The position numbers and the translations under genes were made by a program. This document shows positions 63,806 to 64,000 of a stretch of DNA of 64,000 bases, piece by piece (positions within the stretch are counted from its first letter, which is position 1; each line of letters begins with the position of its first letter). The notes under the pieces are model-generated. The model was not told the origin of the DNA, searched no databases, and saw only the letters and a list, made by a program, of their open reading frames with translations. Source of the DNA: Enterobacteria phage KhF1; the sequence record KT184313.1; one strand, given 5' to 3'.

Positions 63806-63983
63806 TACCTGCACAATTCTAAAATGATTTTTCTTGCCCGACCTGAGCGGGGTCTGCACGTTTTGAAAATGAAAAAGCTCTTTGGAGATTACCTGCACAG
63901 TTTGAAAATGAATTTTCTCTTTGGAGTTCAAAATTCTCTCTACAGATTTCTCTACAGAGATATACCTGCACAATTCTGAAATG
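63806..63983. repeat. three copies of 21-bp iteron ACCTGCACA(A/G)TT(C/T)T(A/G)AAATGA plus a degenerate fourth
   Basis: Copies at 63806-63826, 63891-63911, 63963-63983; degenerate copy at about 63853-63873. Confidence 0.65.
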
Positions 63984-64000
63984 AAAAAGCCCTCCTTACC

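Overview
This window reads as a contiguous segment of a large tailed dsDNA phage genome (about 40% GC by eye, sigma70-like promoters, probably a Gram-negative host; I do not recognise the phage). All calls are by eye from the sequence and ORF track; no search or tRNA-scanning tool was run. Layout: (1) 1..16240, a replication and nucleotide-metabolism module: T7 gp4-like primase-helicase, family A DNA polymerase, ATP-dependent DNA ligase, DHFR, thymidylate synthase, a P-loop kinase and many small ORFs. (2) 16277..40045, a minus-strand late module with two HxH-repeat tail fibres, a Mu/P2-like baseplate, tape measure, tube and sheath (contractile tail), lambda-like capsid, decoration and S49 protease genes, portal and large terminase. 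(3) 40268..45423, a minus-strand cluster of about 27 tRNA genes interrupted by three ORFs and several structured non-coding elements. (4) 45590..47458, a vWA/MIDAS protein and a small basic protein. (5) 47687..55068, plus-strand small genes including a T4-type lysozyme and an Ig-like-domain protein. (6) 55069..56600, a 1.5 kb non-coding tract full of short repeats. (7) 56600..63600, at least 17 small minus-strand genes, each preceded by a conserved leader of about 70 nt with a promoter, hairpin and Shine-Dalgarno. (8) 63600..64000, iterons and a G-rich tract. The most interesting candidate is a tRNA-like element at 44471..44602 whose layout matches bacterial Y RNA-like (YrlA) RNAs, about 1 kb from the vWA protein, suggesting a possible phage Ro60/Y-RNA-like module.
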